From: Alphaproteobacteria bacterium
Lineage (GTDB): Bacteria > Pseudomonadota > Alphaproteobacteria > Methylaequorales > Methylaequoraceae
Assembly: GCA_045563055.1 (NCBI GenBank)
Contig: JBJKUR010000012.1
Location: forward strand, 89,167-153,166
Direction: 5' to 3'
Length of the DNA: 64,000 nucleotides
A program made the position numbers and the translations under genes. A model generated the notes under the pieces. That model had not been told where the DNA came from, did no database searches, and saw nothing but the letters and a program-made list of their open reading frames with translations. How positions within the stretch are numbered: the first letter of the stretch is position 1; every line of letters starts with the position of its first letter. Positions 49,918 through 58,369 of this stretch are shown piece by piece.

Positions 49918-51671
49918 GTTTTATAAAAAAATTACATAAAAAACATATAGTAGCTAAACCTGGGTTTAATAGGTGGTTAGTTCCACCTGCCTCTATTGCA
50001 ATTCACTTGTGTATAGGTTCGGTTTATGCGTGGAGTATGTTTAACCCTGCTTTAGTAAAAATACTTGGAGTTGTAACTTCATCCGGTGATGATTGGAATC
50101 TTGGTCAAGTTGTATGGATTTTTTCTGTTGCAATTGTAAGCCTGGGTCTTGCCGCTGCCTATGCAGGAAAATGGCTTGAAGAAGTTGGGCCTAGAATGGT
50201 TGGCTTCGTAGCAGCATGTTGCTGGGGGGGTGGATTTGTAATTGGCGCTTTGGGAATTTATCTCCAAGAAATTGGTGTTCAAATCACCTTATCCCTTCCA
50301 ATGTTAAGTGAAGAACCAATAACTTTAAGTATTGGATTATATTTGTTGTACCTTGGATATGGGGTAATTGGTGGTATTGGACTAGGTTTGGGGTATGTTT
50401 CACCAGTTTCTACTCTTATAAGATGGTTCCCAGATAGAAGGGGTATGGCAACTGGAATGGCTATAATGGGCTTTGGAGGTGGAGCTATGATAGCAAAGGT
50501 TACAATAGATCGATTGTTAGCAAAGTTCTATAAAGTCCCAGAATATTTAGGAAATGTTGATTCTGTTAATTTAATTACCGAGAGCGGAAGAAGATTTGTT
50601 GATGTATCAGGGGCACTGGTTGAAGTCGTTGTTGTAACAGTCAATGATATTGCTAAAATGATTGTACCAAGTGATCCTGGTGTCTATATCGTTGGGACTG
50701 GTTCAAGTGGAGCCGCTCAAACATTTTTATTTTTAGGTATAGTATATTTTATAATTATGACAATTGCGGCATTTTCATATAGAGTCCCCGCTGAAGGATG
50801 GGCTCCTAAAGGTTGGAAGCCTCCAGAGGATTCCAAAAAAACAAGATTGATAACAAAAAATAACGTTCACATTGACCAGGCTCTAAAAACTCCCCAATTT
50901 TATTTTTTATGGGTTGTTTTATGTTTTAATGTAACAGCTGGAATAGGGGTTATTGGTGTTGCTAAAACTATGATGATAGAAATTTTTGAACCTAGTTTAC
51001 CCGGAATTGTGACTGCAGGTTTTGCAGGTACTTATGTTTTAATGATTAGTGTTTTTAATATGGTAGGTAGAATTTTCTGGGCATCAATGTCTGATTTTAT
51101 TGGAAGAAAAACAACTTATTTTATCTTCTTTTCATTAGGAATACTCTTATATTTATCCATCCCATTTACAGCAAAAGCCATGAGCATAAATCCTGTAATT
51201 ACATATCTCATTCTCTTTTACGCAGCCTCTATGATAATTTTTACAATGTATGGTGGAGGGTTTGCGACAATACCAGCTTACTTAGCAGATATTTTTGGAA
51301 CAAAATATGTTGGAGGTATCCATGGAAGATTATTAACAGCATGGTCAACTGCCGGTGTTCTTGGACCTGTTGCGATTACTCAACTAAGACAAAATTCATT
51401 TGATGAAGCAATAAATGAACTTGTAACTAAAATTAGTCCTGAAAAGTTTTCTGAAATCTACGGTGATTCAATAGAAAATCTATCGTTATTAGTCCAACAG
51501 AAGACTGTAACAATTTCCAACCTCATGCCTCACATGCCAGAAGGAACCATCAATCCTTCTACTACCCTTTATAACTCTACAATGTTTGCTATGGCCGGCC
51601 TTCTTGCAATTGCTTTCATATCAAACCTCCTGATAGGTCCTGTTCACAGTAAGCACCACATGAAAGAATAG
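49914..51671 (+). CDS. MFS transporter, oxalate/formate antiporter (OFA) family, unusually long
   Basis: 585 aa. RW.V..A......G..Y.WS.F at the N-terminus and the DRRG loop are OFA-like. About 12 hydrophobic segments are present, plus long hydrophilic insertions. Confidence 0.75.
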   Translation: MSFIKKLHKKHIVAKPGFNRWLVPPASIAIHLCIGSVYAWSMFNPALVKILGVVTSSGDDWNLGQVVWIFSVAIVSLGLAAAYAGKWLEEVGPRMVGFVAACCWGGGFVIGALGIYLQEIGVQITLSLPMLSEEPITLSIGLYLLYLGYGVIGGIGLGLGYVSPVSTLIRWFPDRRGMATGMAIMGFGGGAMIAKVTIDRLLAKFYKVPEYLGNVDSVNLITESGRRFVDVSGALVEVVVVTVNDIAKMIVPSDPGVYIVGTGSSGAAQTFLFLGIVYFIIMTIAAFSYRVPAEGWAPKGWKPPEDSKKTRLITKNNVHIDQALKTPQFYFLWVVLCFNVTAGIGVIGVAKTMMIEIFEPSLPGIVTAGFAGTYVLMISVFNMVGRIFWASMSDFIGRKTTYFIFFSLGILLYLSIPFTAKAMSINPVITYLILFYAASMIIFTMYGGGFATIPAYLADIFGTKYVGGIHGRLLTAWSTAGVLGPVAITQLRQNSFDEAINELVTKISPEKFSEIYGDSIENLSLLVQQKTVTISNLMPHMPEGTINPSTTLYNSTMFAMAGLLAIAFISNLLIGPVHSKHHMKE

Positions 51672-51710
51672 TTAAAGATAAAAAGATAAATTGTTGGATA
51701 TGAGATATTG

Positions 51711-54470
51711 TTAAGCTGATAATTTTTCAATTTTTGCTGCGCAATATTTAAGCTCCGGAATTTTTCCATCAGGATCTAGAGCTTGATTAGTGAGAAGATT
51801 AGCTGGGGCGTTTTCAAAACAAAAAGGCATAAATACCATTCCATCGGGAATCATTTTATCCAGTCTAACTTTCACACTAACTTTTCCTCTTCTCGTTGAT
51901 AACTCAACGGTCTCGTCTTGCGAAAAATTGTTTTTTTTCATTTCGTTCCTTGACATATTTACGTATGGTTGAGGTTCAATTGTGCTCAAAACTTTAGATC
52001 TTGAAGTCATGGAACCGGTATGCCAATGTTCCAGTAGTCTTCCAGTGGTTAGAATCAATGGGAAGCTGGAGTCTGGTGTTTCATCAGGAGAGACAATCTT
52101 TGCGGGAACGATTCTTGCTTTCTTATTATTTGTAGGAAAACCTTCACCAAATATTACTTCATTTCCAGGTTTACTTAAATCATCACAAGGATAGGTTACA
52201 GCACCTTCATTTACTAACCTCTCCCAGGTAATATTTTTCATTGATTCCATACAACCACTTAATTCATCATAAACTTCGTCAGGTCCAGAATAGTTCCAGT
52301 CTAGTCCCATTCTTTTGGCAAGTTCTTGGATTATCCAAAGATCCTGCTTAGCATTTCCAGGAGGGTTTATTGCCTTTCTGGCAATCTGGACTCTCCTATC
52401 AGTATTGGTAAATGTTCCTGTTTTTTCTGGAAATGCAGAGGCTGGTAAAACAATATCTGCAAGATAAGCAGTTTCTGTTAAGAATATATCTTGAACAATA
52501 AGCATATCCAGTCTAGCAAGTGCTTCTCGAGCATGATTAGCATTAGGATCGGACATAGCTGGATTCTCTCCCATAACATAGAGTCCTTTAATTTCTTTAT
52601 TATATATAGACTCCATAATTTCAACCACAGTTAGCCCTGGGTTAGGATTGATTTCACAATTCCAATATTTCTCAAAAAATTTCACATTTTCATGATTTGC
52701 AATTGGGAGATAGTCTGGAAGTACCATTGGAATAAGTCCCATGTCAGATGCTCCTTGAACATTGTTTTGTCCTCTAAGAGGGTGTAATCCTGTGCCTTCT
52801 CTTCCCACATTACCTGTTAGAAGTGCAAGAGATATTAAGCATCTTGAATTGTCTGTACCGTGAATATGTTGAGATATACCCATACCCCAAAAAATCATTG
52901 CAGATTTCGCATTGGCAAATAGCCTGGCTGTTTCTCTAATTTCATCTGTAGAAATACCACAAATATTTGTCATTTCTTCAGGTGTAAAATCTTTTACATG
53001 TTCTTTAAGTTCGTTGTATCCCTCTGTGTTTTTTTCAATATATTGTCTGTCAACAAGCCCTTCCTCTATGATTGTATTTATCATTGCATTAAGGAGAGCT
53101 ACATCTGCTCCAGGTTTGAATTGAAGACTTTTTTCAGCAATTCTAGATAAATCCTGCTTCCTAGGGTCCATTATTATGAGCTTCAATCCTTGTTCTTTGA
53201 CTGCATTTTTTATAAAAGTAGCGGCAACTGGATGGTTTTGGGTGGGTCTTGCACCAATAACAATTGCAACATCAGCATTCTTAACTTCTGAGACTGGAGC
53301 GGTAACTGCCCCTGTTCCGATCGCTTCCATAAGTGCCGCAACAGAAGAGGCGTGACACATTCTTGTGCAATGATCAACATTGTTGTTTTTAAAGCCAATT
53401 CTGACTAACTTTTGGAAAAGATATGCTTCTTCATTAGAACCTTTTGCGCATCCAAAACCTGCAAGTGCTTTTTCTCCGTTTTTTGAGTCTCTTATTTCTT
53501 TTAATTTTTTGGCTGCAAGGTCTAGTGCTTCATCCCATGAAGCCTCTCTGAAATGAGATAGTGGTTTTAAGGGGTCAACTCTTTCTTTTGGGTTTTTTTT
53601 CACTCCTTCTTTTCTAATTAAAGGTTTGGTTATTCTCTCTGGGTTATGAACATAGTCGAAACCAAACCTCCCTTTTACACAAAGTCTATTATGGTTTGCT
53701 GGACCCTCTCTACCATCTACAGATATTATTTTTTCGTCTTTAATATTATAAGTAAGTTGACAGCCAACTCCACAATAAGGACATAATGAGTCTACTTTTC
53801 TGTCAGGGGTAGAGACTTTTTTCCCATCTTCATTTAACAAGTTAGATTCCATTAACGCTCCTGTTGGGCACGCTTGGACACATTCCCCACAACTTACACA
53901 TGTTGATTCACCCATTGGATCGTTAAAATCAAATACTACCTTTGATGTATGACCTCTGTTACCCATACCTATCACATCATTAACTTGGACTTCTCTACAT
54001 GCTCTTACACATAAGTTACATTGAATACAAGCATCCAAGTTAACAGCCATCGCAACATGCGAATTATCTGAAATTGGAACTTCTTTGTTTTCTCTTTTAT
54101 CAAAACGGCTTTTACGTACTTTTACTTCATCAGCAATTTTCCAAAAGTGGGAATCAGGGTCATGACAATCTTCTTTTACTGGTTGATCTGTTACAAGCAA
54201 TTCTAAAACCATTTTTCTTGACTTTGCTGATCTTTCGTCTTCTGTTGAGACTTTCATTCCCTCAGTGGGTTGTCTAATACAAGAGGCTACCAAAACTCTT
54301 TCTCCCTCAACAGAAACCATGCAGGCTCTACAATTACCATCAGCTCTATAACCAGGTTTATCTGAATAACAAAGATGAGGTAGCAATATTCCATTTTTTT
54401 TGGCTACCTGCCAAATTGTTTCTCCTTCTTCAGCTTTAACCCTCTTATTATTTAAAAAAAATTCAACCAT
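51711..54470 (-). CDS. fdsA: NAD-dependent formate dehydrogenase, alpha (molybdopterin) subunit, Cys type
   Basis: 919 aa. It has an N-terminal 2Fe-2S domain (C...C..C), two 4Fe-4S ferredoxin motifs (CIQCNLCVRAC and CVSCGECVQACP), a CPYCGVGC MopB cluster and CTRMCH at the Mo-ligand position. There is no in-frame TGA. Confidence 0.9.
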   Translation of the reverse strand: MVEFFLNNKRVKAEEGETIWQVAKKNGILLPHLCYSDKPGYRADGNCRACMVSVEGERVLVASCIRQPTEGMKVSTEDERSAKSRKMVLELLVTDQPVKEDCHDPDSHFWKIADEVKVRKSRFDKRENKEVPISDNSHVAMAVNLDACIQCNLCVRACREVQVNDVIGMGNRGHTSKVVFDFNDPMGESTCVSCGECVQACPTGALMESNLLNEDGKKVSTPDRKVDSLCPYCGVGCQLTYNIKDEKIISVDGREGPANHNRLCVKGRFGFDYVHNPERITKPLIRKEGVKKNPKERVDPLKPLSHFREASWDEALDLAAKKLKEIRDSKNGEKALAGFGCAKGSNEEAYLFQKLVRIGFKNNNVDHCTRMCHASSVAALMEAIGTGAVTAPVSEVKNADVAIVIGARPTQNHPVAATFIKNAVKEQGLKLIIMDPRKQDLSRIAEKSLQFKPGADVALLNAMINTIIEEGLVDRQYIEKNTEGYNELKEHVKDFTPEEMTNICGISTDEIRETARLFANAKSAMIFWGMGISQHIHGTDNSRCLISLALLTGNVGREGTGLHPLRGQNNVQGASDMGLIPMVLPDYLPIANHENVKFFEKYWNCEINPNPGLTVVEIMESIYNKEIKGLYVMGENPAMSDPNANHAREALARLDMLIVQDIFLTETAYLADIVLPASAFPEKTGTFTNTDRRVQIARKAINPPGNAKQDLWIIQELAKRMGLDWNYSGPDEVYDELSGCMESMKNITWERLVNEGAVTYPCDDLSKPGNEVIFGEGFPTNNKKARIVPAKIVSPDETPDSSFPLILTTGRLLEHWHTGSMTSRSKVLSTIEPQPYVNMSRNEMKKNNFSQDETVELSTRRGKVSVKVRLDKMIPDGMVFMPFCFENAPANLLTNQALDPDGKIPELKYCAAKIEKLSA

Positions 54471-54512
54471 AAGTTTTTGTATTTATTTTTTATTACTTTA
54501 ATTAATATCTAT

Positions 54513-56180
54513 TTATATATGATCTTTAAAGAAATTCAAAGTGCAAGTAATTGGGTTTCCTGCTGCTTGTCCTAAACCGCAAATTGAGGCATCTGACATC
54601 GTTAGCACAAGTTCTTTGAGTAATTCTTCATCCCAGTTATTTTTTTCCATCAATTTAACTGCCTTTTCAGTTCCAACCCTACAAGGGGTGCATTGCCCAC
54701 AACTTTCATCGTTGAAAAATTTCAGTAAATTTAAAGCAACCTTCTTAACATCATCTTTATCTGAGAAAATAACAATTGCTCCTGAGCCAATAAAACAACC
54801 ATGTTTTTCAAGAGTTCCAAAATCTAATGGTATATCAGCCATTGAAGCTGGTAATATACCTCCTGAGGCTCCTCCAGGAAGATAACCTAGAAACTTATGC
54901 CCATCTAGCATTCCTCCGCAATACTGATTCAATAATTCATCAATGGTTATACCTGCTGGTGCTAATTTAACTCCTGGATTTTTAACTCTACCTGAAACTG
55001 AGTAGCTGTGAGGCCCTTTATGCCCTTTTTTCCCTTGGTTTGCAAACCATTCGTGACCATTATTCAGGATGTCTGGAACCCAAAAAACAGTTTCTATATT
55101 GTGATTTAGTGTTGGTTTTCCAAATAAACCAACTTTTGAAACAAATGGAGGTTTATGTCTAGGAAGACCTCTTTTACCCTCTATTGATTCAATCATTGCT
55201 GACTCTTCACCACAAATGTATGCTCCTGCTCCTCTTCTAACGTATATTTTTGTTTCAGAATCAATGATGTTTTTATTTTGTAGTTTTTTCAATTCTTCAA
55301 TCATATTTAATCTAATTCCCGGGTATTCATCTCTCATGTAAATGTAAATTTCTTTTGCATCAACTGCCCATGCAGCTATTAACATACCTTCAAAAAACTT
55401 ATGAATATTTTGTTCTAAATACAGTTTGTCCTTAAATGTTCCTGGTTCTCCTTCGTCTCCGTTAATTGTCATTAGTCTAGGTCCAGTTTCCATTCTGACA
55501 AATTTCCATTTTTGTCCAGACGGAAAACCAGCTCCACCCATACCTTTTAACCCTGAATTGTTTAGTACTTCAATAACATTTTCAACCGAAAGCTTATTTG
55601 AGTAGCATTTTTTTAGAATCTCATACCCTCCATCTTTAATATAATCTTTAAGGCTCTTACCTTTAATGACGGTGGGATGAAAGTCTTTATCTGAAATAAC
55701 TTTCTTAATTTTTTCAAGGTTTGAATTTTCGACATGTTTATGCCCAACTTCACAGGCTGGTGCCTTATCGCACAAACCCATACATGGAGCTCTCAAAACT
55801 CTTATTTTTTTTTCATCTAAATTATCGCTAAGATCTTTAATTAACTTTTCTGAACCAAAAAGCTCACATGTAAGACTGTCACATACTCGGATTGTAATAT
55901 CTTGGATTGATGGTTCGTCATCTTCGATTACATCAAAGTGTGCATAAAAAGTAGCTACTTCATAAGACTCAGCAAAAGGGATTTTGAGAAGTTCAGATAA
56001 TGCAGCTAGGTGTTTTTTTCTAATTTCTCCGAATTTATCCTGAATAAGGTGTAAATATTCTATTAGAAGATCTCTTTGAAGTGGGATGTTTTTAATTAAT
56101 TCTTTAACTTCTTTTAAAGCTTCATCTTCGGTTTTTCGTCCTTTGGGATAGAATTTTTTATTTTTATTAATATCAAGCAT
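54513..56180 (-). CDS. fdsB: NAD-dependent formate dehydrogenase beta subunit with fused gamma (NuoE-like) N-terminal domain
   Basis: 555 aa. It has an N-terminal thioredoxin-like 2Fe-2S pattern (CDSLTC ... CMGLCDKAPAC), then a NuoF-like GLKGMGGAGFPSGQKW FMN/NADH site and a CGQCTPCR 4Fe-4S site. Confidence 0.85.
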   Translation of the reverse strand: MLDINKNKKFYPKGRKTEDEALKEVKELIKNIPLQRDLLIEYLHLIQDKFGEIRKKHLAALSELLKIPFAESYEVATFYAHFDVIEDDEPSIQDITIRVCDSLTCELFGSEKLIKDLSDNLDEKKIRVLRAPCMGLCDKAPACEVGHKHVENSNLEKIKKVISDKDFHPTVIKGKSLKDYIKDGGYEILKKCYSNKLSVENVIEVLNNSGLKGMGGAGFPSGQKWKFVRMETGPRLMTINGDEGEPGTFKDKLYLEQNIHKFFEGMLIAAWAVDAKEIYIYMRDEYPGIRLNMIEELKKLQNKNIIDSETKIYVRRGAGAYICGEESAMIESIEGKRGLPRHKPPFVSKVGLFGKPTLNHNIETVFWVPDILNNGHEWFANQGKKGHKGPHSYSVSGRVKNPGVKLAPAGITIDELLNQYCGGMLDGHKFLGYLPGGASGGILPASMADIPLDFGTLEKHGCFIGSGAIVIFSDKDDVKKVALNLLKFFNDESCGQCTPCRVGTEKAVKLMEKNNWDEELLKELVLTMSDASICGLGQAAGNPITCTLNFFKDHI

Positions 56181-56216
56181 TTTGTTTTTATTTGTATATA
56201 TATTGAACTTTTTTTT

Positions 56217-56735
56217 TTAATTAAAATGATCTTGTATAATTTTTTTCACTTTATCTAATAAATTACCTTTTTTAAACAAAAATCCTTTAATTCCAGCATT
56301 TTTTGCTGACTGTATATCACTTGGCTTATCTCCAACTAAAAAGCAATGATTTAATTCTAAATTATATTTTTTTAATGCATTGTTAATCATGATTGGAGAA
56401 GGTTTTCTATCTGAATTTATATCAGAGTTTGGTAAATCTGTTGAAAAAAAAAAATCGTCTATAAATGTATCGTAATTTTCTTTTAATTCTTTATTCATCC
56501 AATTGTGAAGTTTATTAACATCATTTTTAGAATAGAATTTTCTTTTTACCCCAGATTGATTGGTCACAACTATTACTAAGTATCCATTTTTTTTGAGATA
56601 TTGAATTGCATTTTGGGCACCATCAATCCATTTAAAATCCTCTATTTTGTAAAGATATCCTATGTCTTCATTAATTACACCGTCGCGGTCTAAAAAACAT
56701 GCTTTATTAACTTTTTTAAATTTCTCTTGATTCAT
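56217..56735 (-). CDS. gmhB: D-glycero-D-manno-heptose 1,7-bisphosphate phosphatase (HAD family, histidinol-phosphatase-like)
   Basis: 172 aa. It has FLDRDGVIN, VTNQSG, KP and GDKPSDI motifs. Confidence 0.8.
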   Translation of the reverse strand: MNQEKFKKVNKACFLDRDGVINEDIGYLYKIEDFKWIDGAQNAIQYLKKNGYLVIVVTNQSGVKRKFYSKNDVNKLHNWMNKELKENYDTFIDDFFFSTDLPNSDINSDRKPSPIMINNALKKYNLELNHCFLVGDKPSDIQSAKNAGIKGFLFKKGNLLDKVKKIIQDHFN

Positions 56736-56762
56736 TTTTTTTCAAATATAATTATAGTGCAT

Positions 56763-56798
56763 AAATTAATATAGTTAAAAAAATTAATATAGTTAAAA
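56763..56798. repeat. Perfect 18-bp tandem direct repeat, two copies (AAATTAATATAGTTAAAA)
   Basis: I read it directly. Copy 1 is 56763-56780 and copy 2 is 56781-56798. The second copy ends 1 nt before the dksA ATG. It fills more than half of the 64-nt gmhB/dksA divergent spacer. Confidence 0.85.
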
Positions 56799-56799
56799 G

Positions 56800-57225
56800 A
56801 TGGTTAAAAAAAAAATTAATGGTTCTTACACACCTTCTGAAACAGAAGTTTTCATGAACCCAAAGCAATTAAATTATTTTAAAGACCTTCTTAATGACTG
56901 GAAACATGATCTTCTTCAAGGCTCCTCATTAACTATTAATAATCTAAAGGAAGAGTCTTCAAACAAACCCGATAATGCAGACAGAGCATCAATCGAATCA
57001 GAAAGAAGTCTTGAGCTCAGGACAAGAGATAGAGAGAGAAAACTTATTAGTAAGATCAATAAAGCTCTTAAGAAAATAGAAGATGGGACATATGGTTATT
57101 GTGAAGATACGAACCAACCAATTTCCATTAAACGATTGATTGCAAGACCAATTGCAACATTATCTCTTGAGGCCCAGGAGATACACGAAAAATCAGAAAA
57201 AATTTATAAAGAGAAAGAATATTAA
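56800..57225 (+). CDS. dksA: RNA polymerase-binding transcription factor DksA (variant lacking the Cys4 zinc finger)
   Basis: 141 aa. It has the coiled-coil tip DxxDxA (DNADRAS). The C-terminal region YGYCEDTNQPISIKRLIARPIATLSLEAQ has only one of the four canonical Cys. Confidence 0.9.
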   Translation: MVKKKINGSYTPSETEVFMNPKQLNYFKDLLNDWKHDLLQGSSLTINNLKEESSNKPDNADRASIESERSLELRTRDRERKLISKINKALKKIEDGTYGYCEDTNQPISIKRLIARPIATLSLEAQEIHEKSEKIYKEKEY

Positions 57226-57264
57226 TTTTCATGTTGTATTGCTTTTTAAACATGTTAGTATGTA

Positions 57265-57279
57265 GAACATTAATAGAAC
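57265..57279 (+). promoter_or_regulatory. Candidate alphaproteobacterial LexA (SOS) box, GAAC-N7-GAAC
   Basis: GAACATTAATAGAAC ends 4 nt before the recA ATG. It is part of an 11-nt-period direct repeat (TAGAACATTAA TAGAACATTAT). A possible promoter TTGTAT(57234)-16 nt-TAGTAT(57256) lies just upstream. Confidence 0.45.
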
Positions 57280-57282
57280 ATT

Positions 57283-58335
57283 ATGGATAAATTAAAAACA
57301 CTTGAATCTACAATAAGTCAAATTGAAAGAAACTTTGGTAAAGGTTCAGTAATGAAACTTGGAGAGAGAGAAGTAATAGAAATTGATGCTATCTCCTCTG
57401 GCTCTCTTAGTCTTGATATGGCTTTAGGGATTGGTGGTTTGCCGAAGGGAAGAATAGTTGAAATATACGGCCCTGAGAGTTCTGGTAAAACAACCCTTGC
57501 ATTACATGTTATTGCAGAGGCCCAAAAAAAAGGAGGAACATGCGCATTTGTGGATGCAGAACATGCGCTAGATCCTATTTATGCTAAAAAATTAGGTGTT
57601 AATACAGACGAAATGTTAATTTCGCAACCCGATAACGGAGAACAAGCCTTAGAGATTGCTGATACACTTGTAAATTCAAATGCTATTGATGTTTTAGTGA
57701 TTGACTCAGTTGCAGCTTTAGTCCCCAGGGCTGAGATTGAGGGTGACATGGGAGATTCACACATGGGATTACATGCAAGGTTAATGAGTCAGGCATTGAG
57801 AAAACTTACTGGCTCTATTTCAAGATCTCAATCACTTGTAATTTTTATAAATCAGATAAGACAAAAAATTGGTGTAATGTTTGGAAACCCTGAAACAACT
57901 ACAGGCGGTAATGCTTTAAAGTTTTATGCATCAATTAGAATGGATATAAGACGAATCGGCGCAATTAAAGATAGAGATGAGGTAATTGGCAATCAAACAA
58001 GAGTTAAAGTAGTAAAGAATAAACTTGCTCCGCCCTTTAAGACAGTCGAGTTTGATATAATGTATGGAGAGGGAATATCCAAAACTGGAGAAATACTTGA
58101 TTTAGCCTCCAAAGATGGTTTAGTTGAAAAAGCAGGTGCATGGTATTCATATAACGGTGAAAGAATTGGACAAGGTAGAGAAAACGCCAAAGTATATCTT
58201 AAAGAAAATCCAGAAATTGCCGAAAAAATTGAAGAAACCTTAAGATCTGGAAGTAAACCCAGTGAATCAGAAGAATCTTCAGAAGAAATTGATAAAAACA
58301 CAATTGAAAAAGATAAAGAAATGAATGTTGATTAA
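57283..58335 (+). CDS. recA: Recombinase A
   Basis: 350 aa with Walker [10 protein letters not shown], the [14 protein letters not shown] signature and an acidic C-terminal tail. Confidence 0.97.
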   Translation: MDKLKTLESTISQIERNFGKGSVMKLGEREVIEIDAISSGSLSLDMALGIGGLPKGRIVEIYGPESSGKTTLALHVIAEAQKKGGTCAFVDAEHALDPIYAKKLGVNTDEMLISQPDNGEQALEIADTLVNSNAIDVLVIDSVAALVPRAEIEGDMGDSHMGLHARLMSQALRKLTGSISRSQSLVIFINQIRQKIGVMFGNPETTTGGNALKFYASIRMDIRRIGAIKDRDEVIGNQTRVKVVKNKLAPPFKTVEFDIMYGEGISKTGEILDLASKDGLVEKAGAWYSYNGERIGQGRENAKVYLKENPEIAEKIEETLRSGSKPSESEESSEEIDKNTIEKDKEMNVD

Positions 58336-58369
58336 TTGTAGAATTATTCATTATAATTAAATAAATTAA

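Noticed and set aside
51711-54470. A selenocysteine (in-frame TGA plus SECIS) in formate dehydrogenase alpha
   Set aside because: The ORF is uninterrupted over 919 codons, and the Mo-ligand position reads Cys (CTRMCH). I saw no recoding signal.
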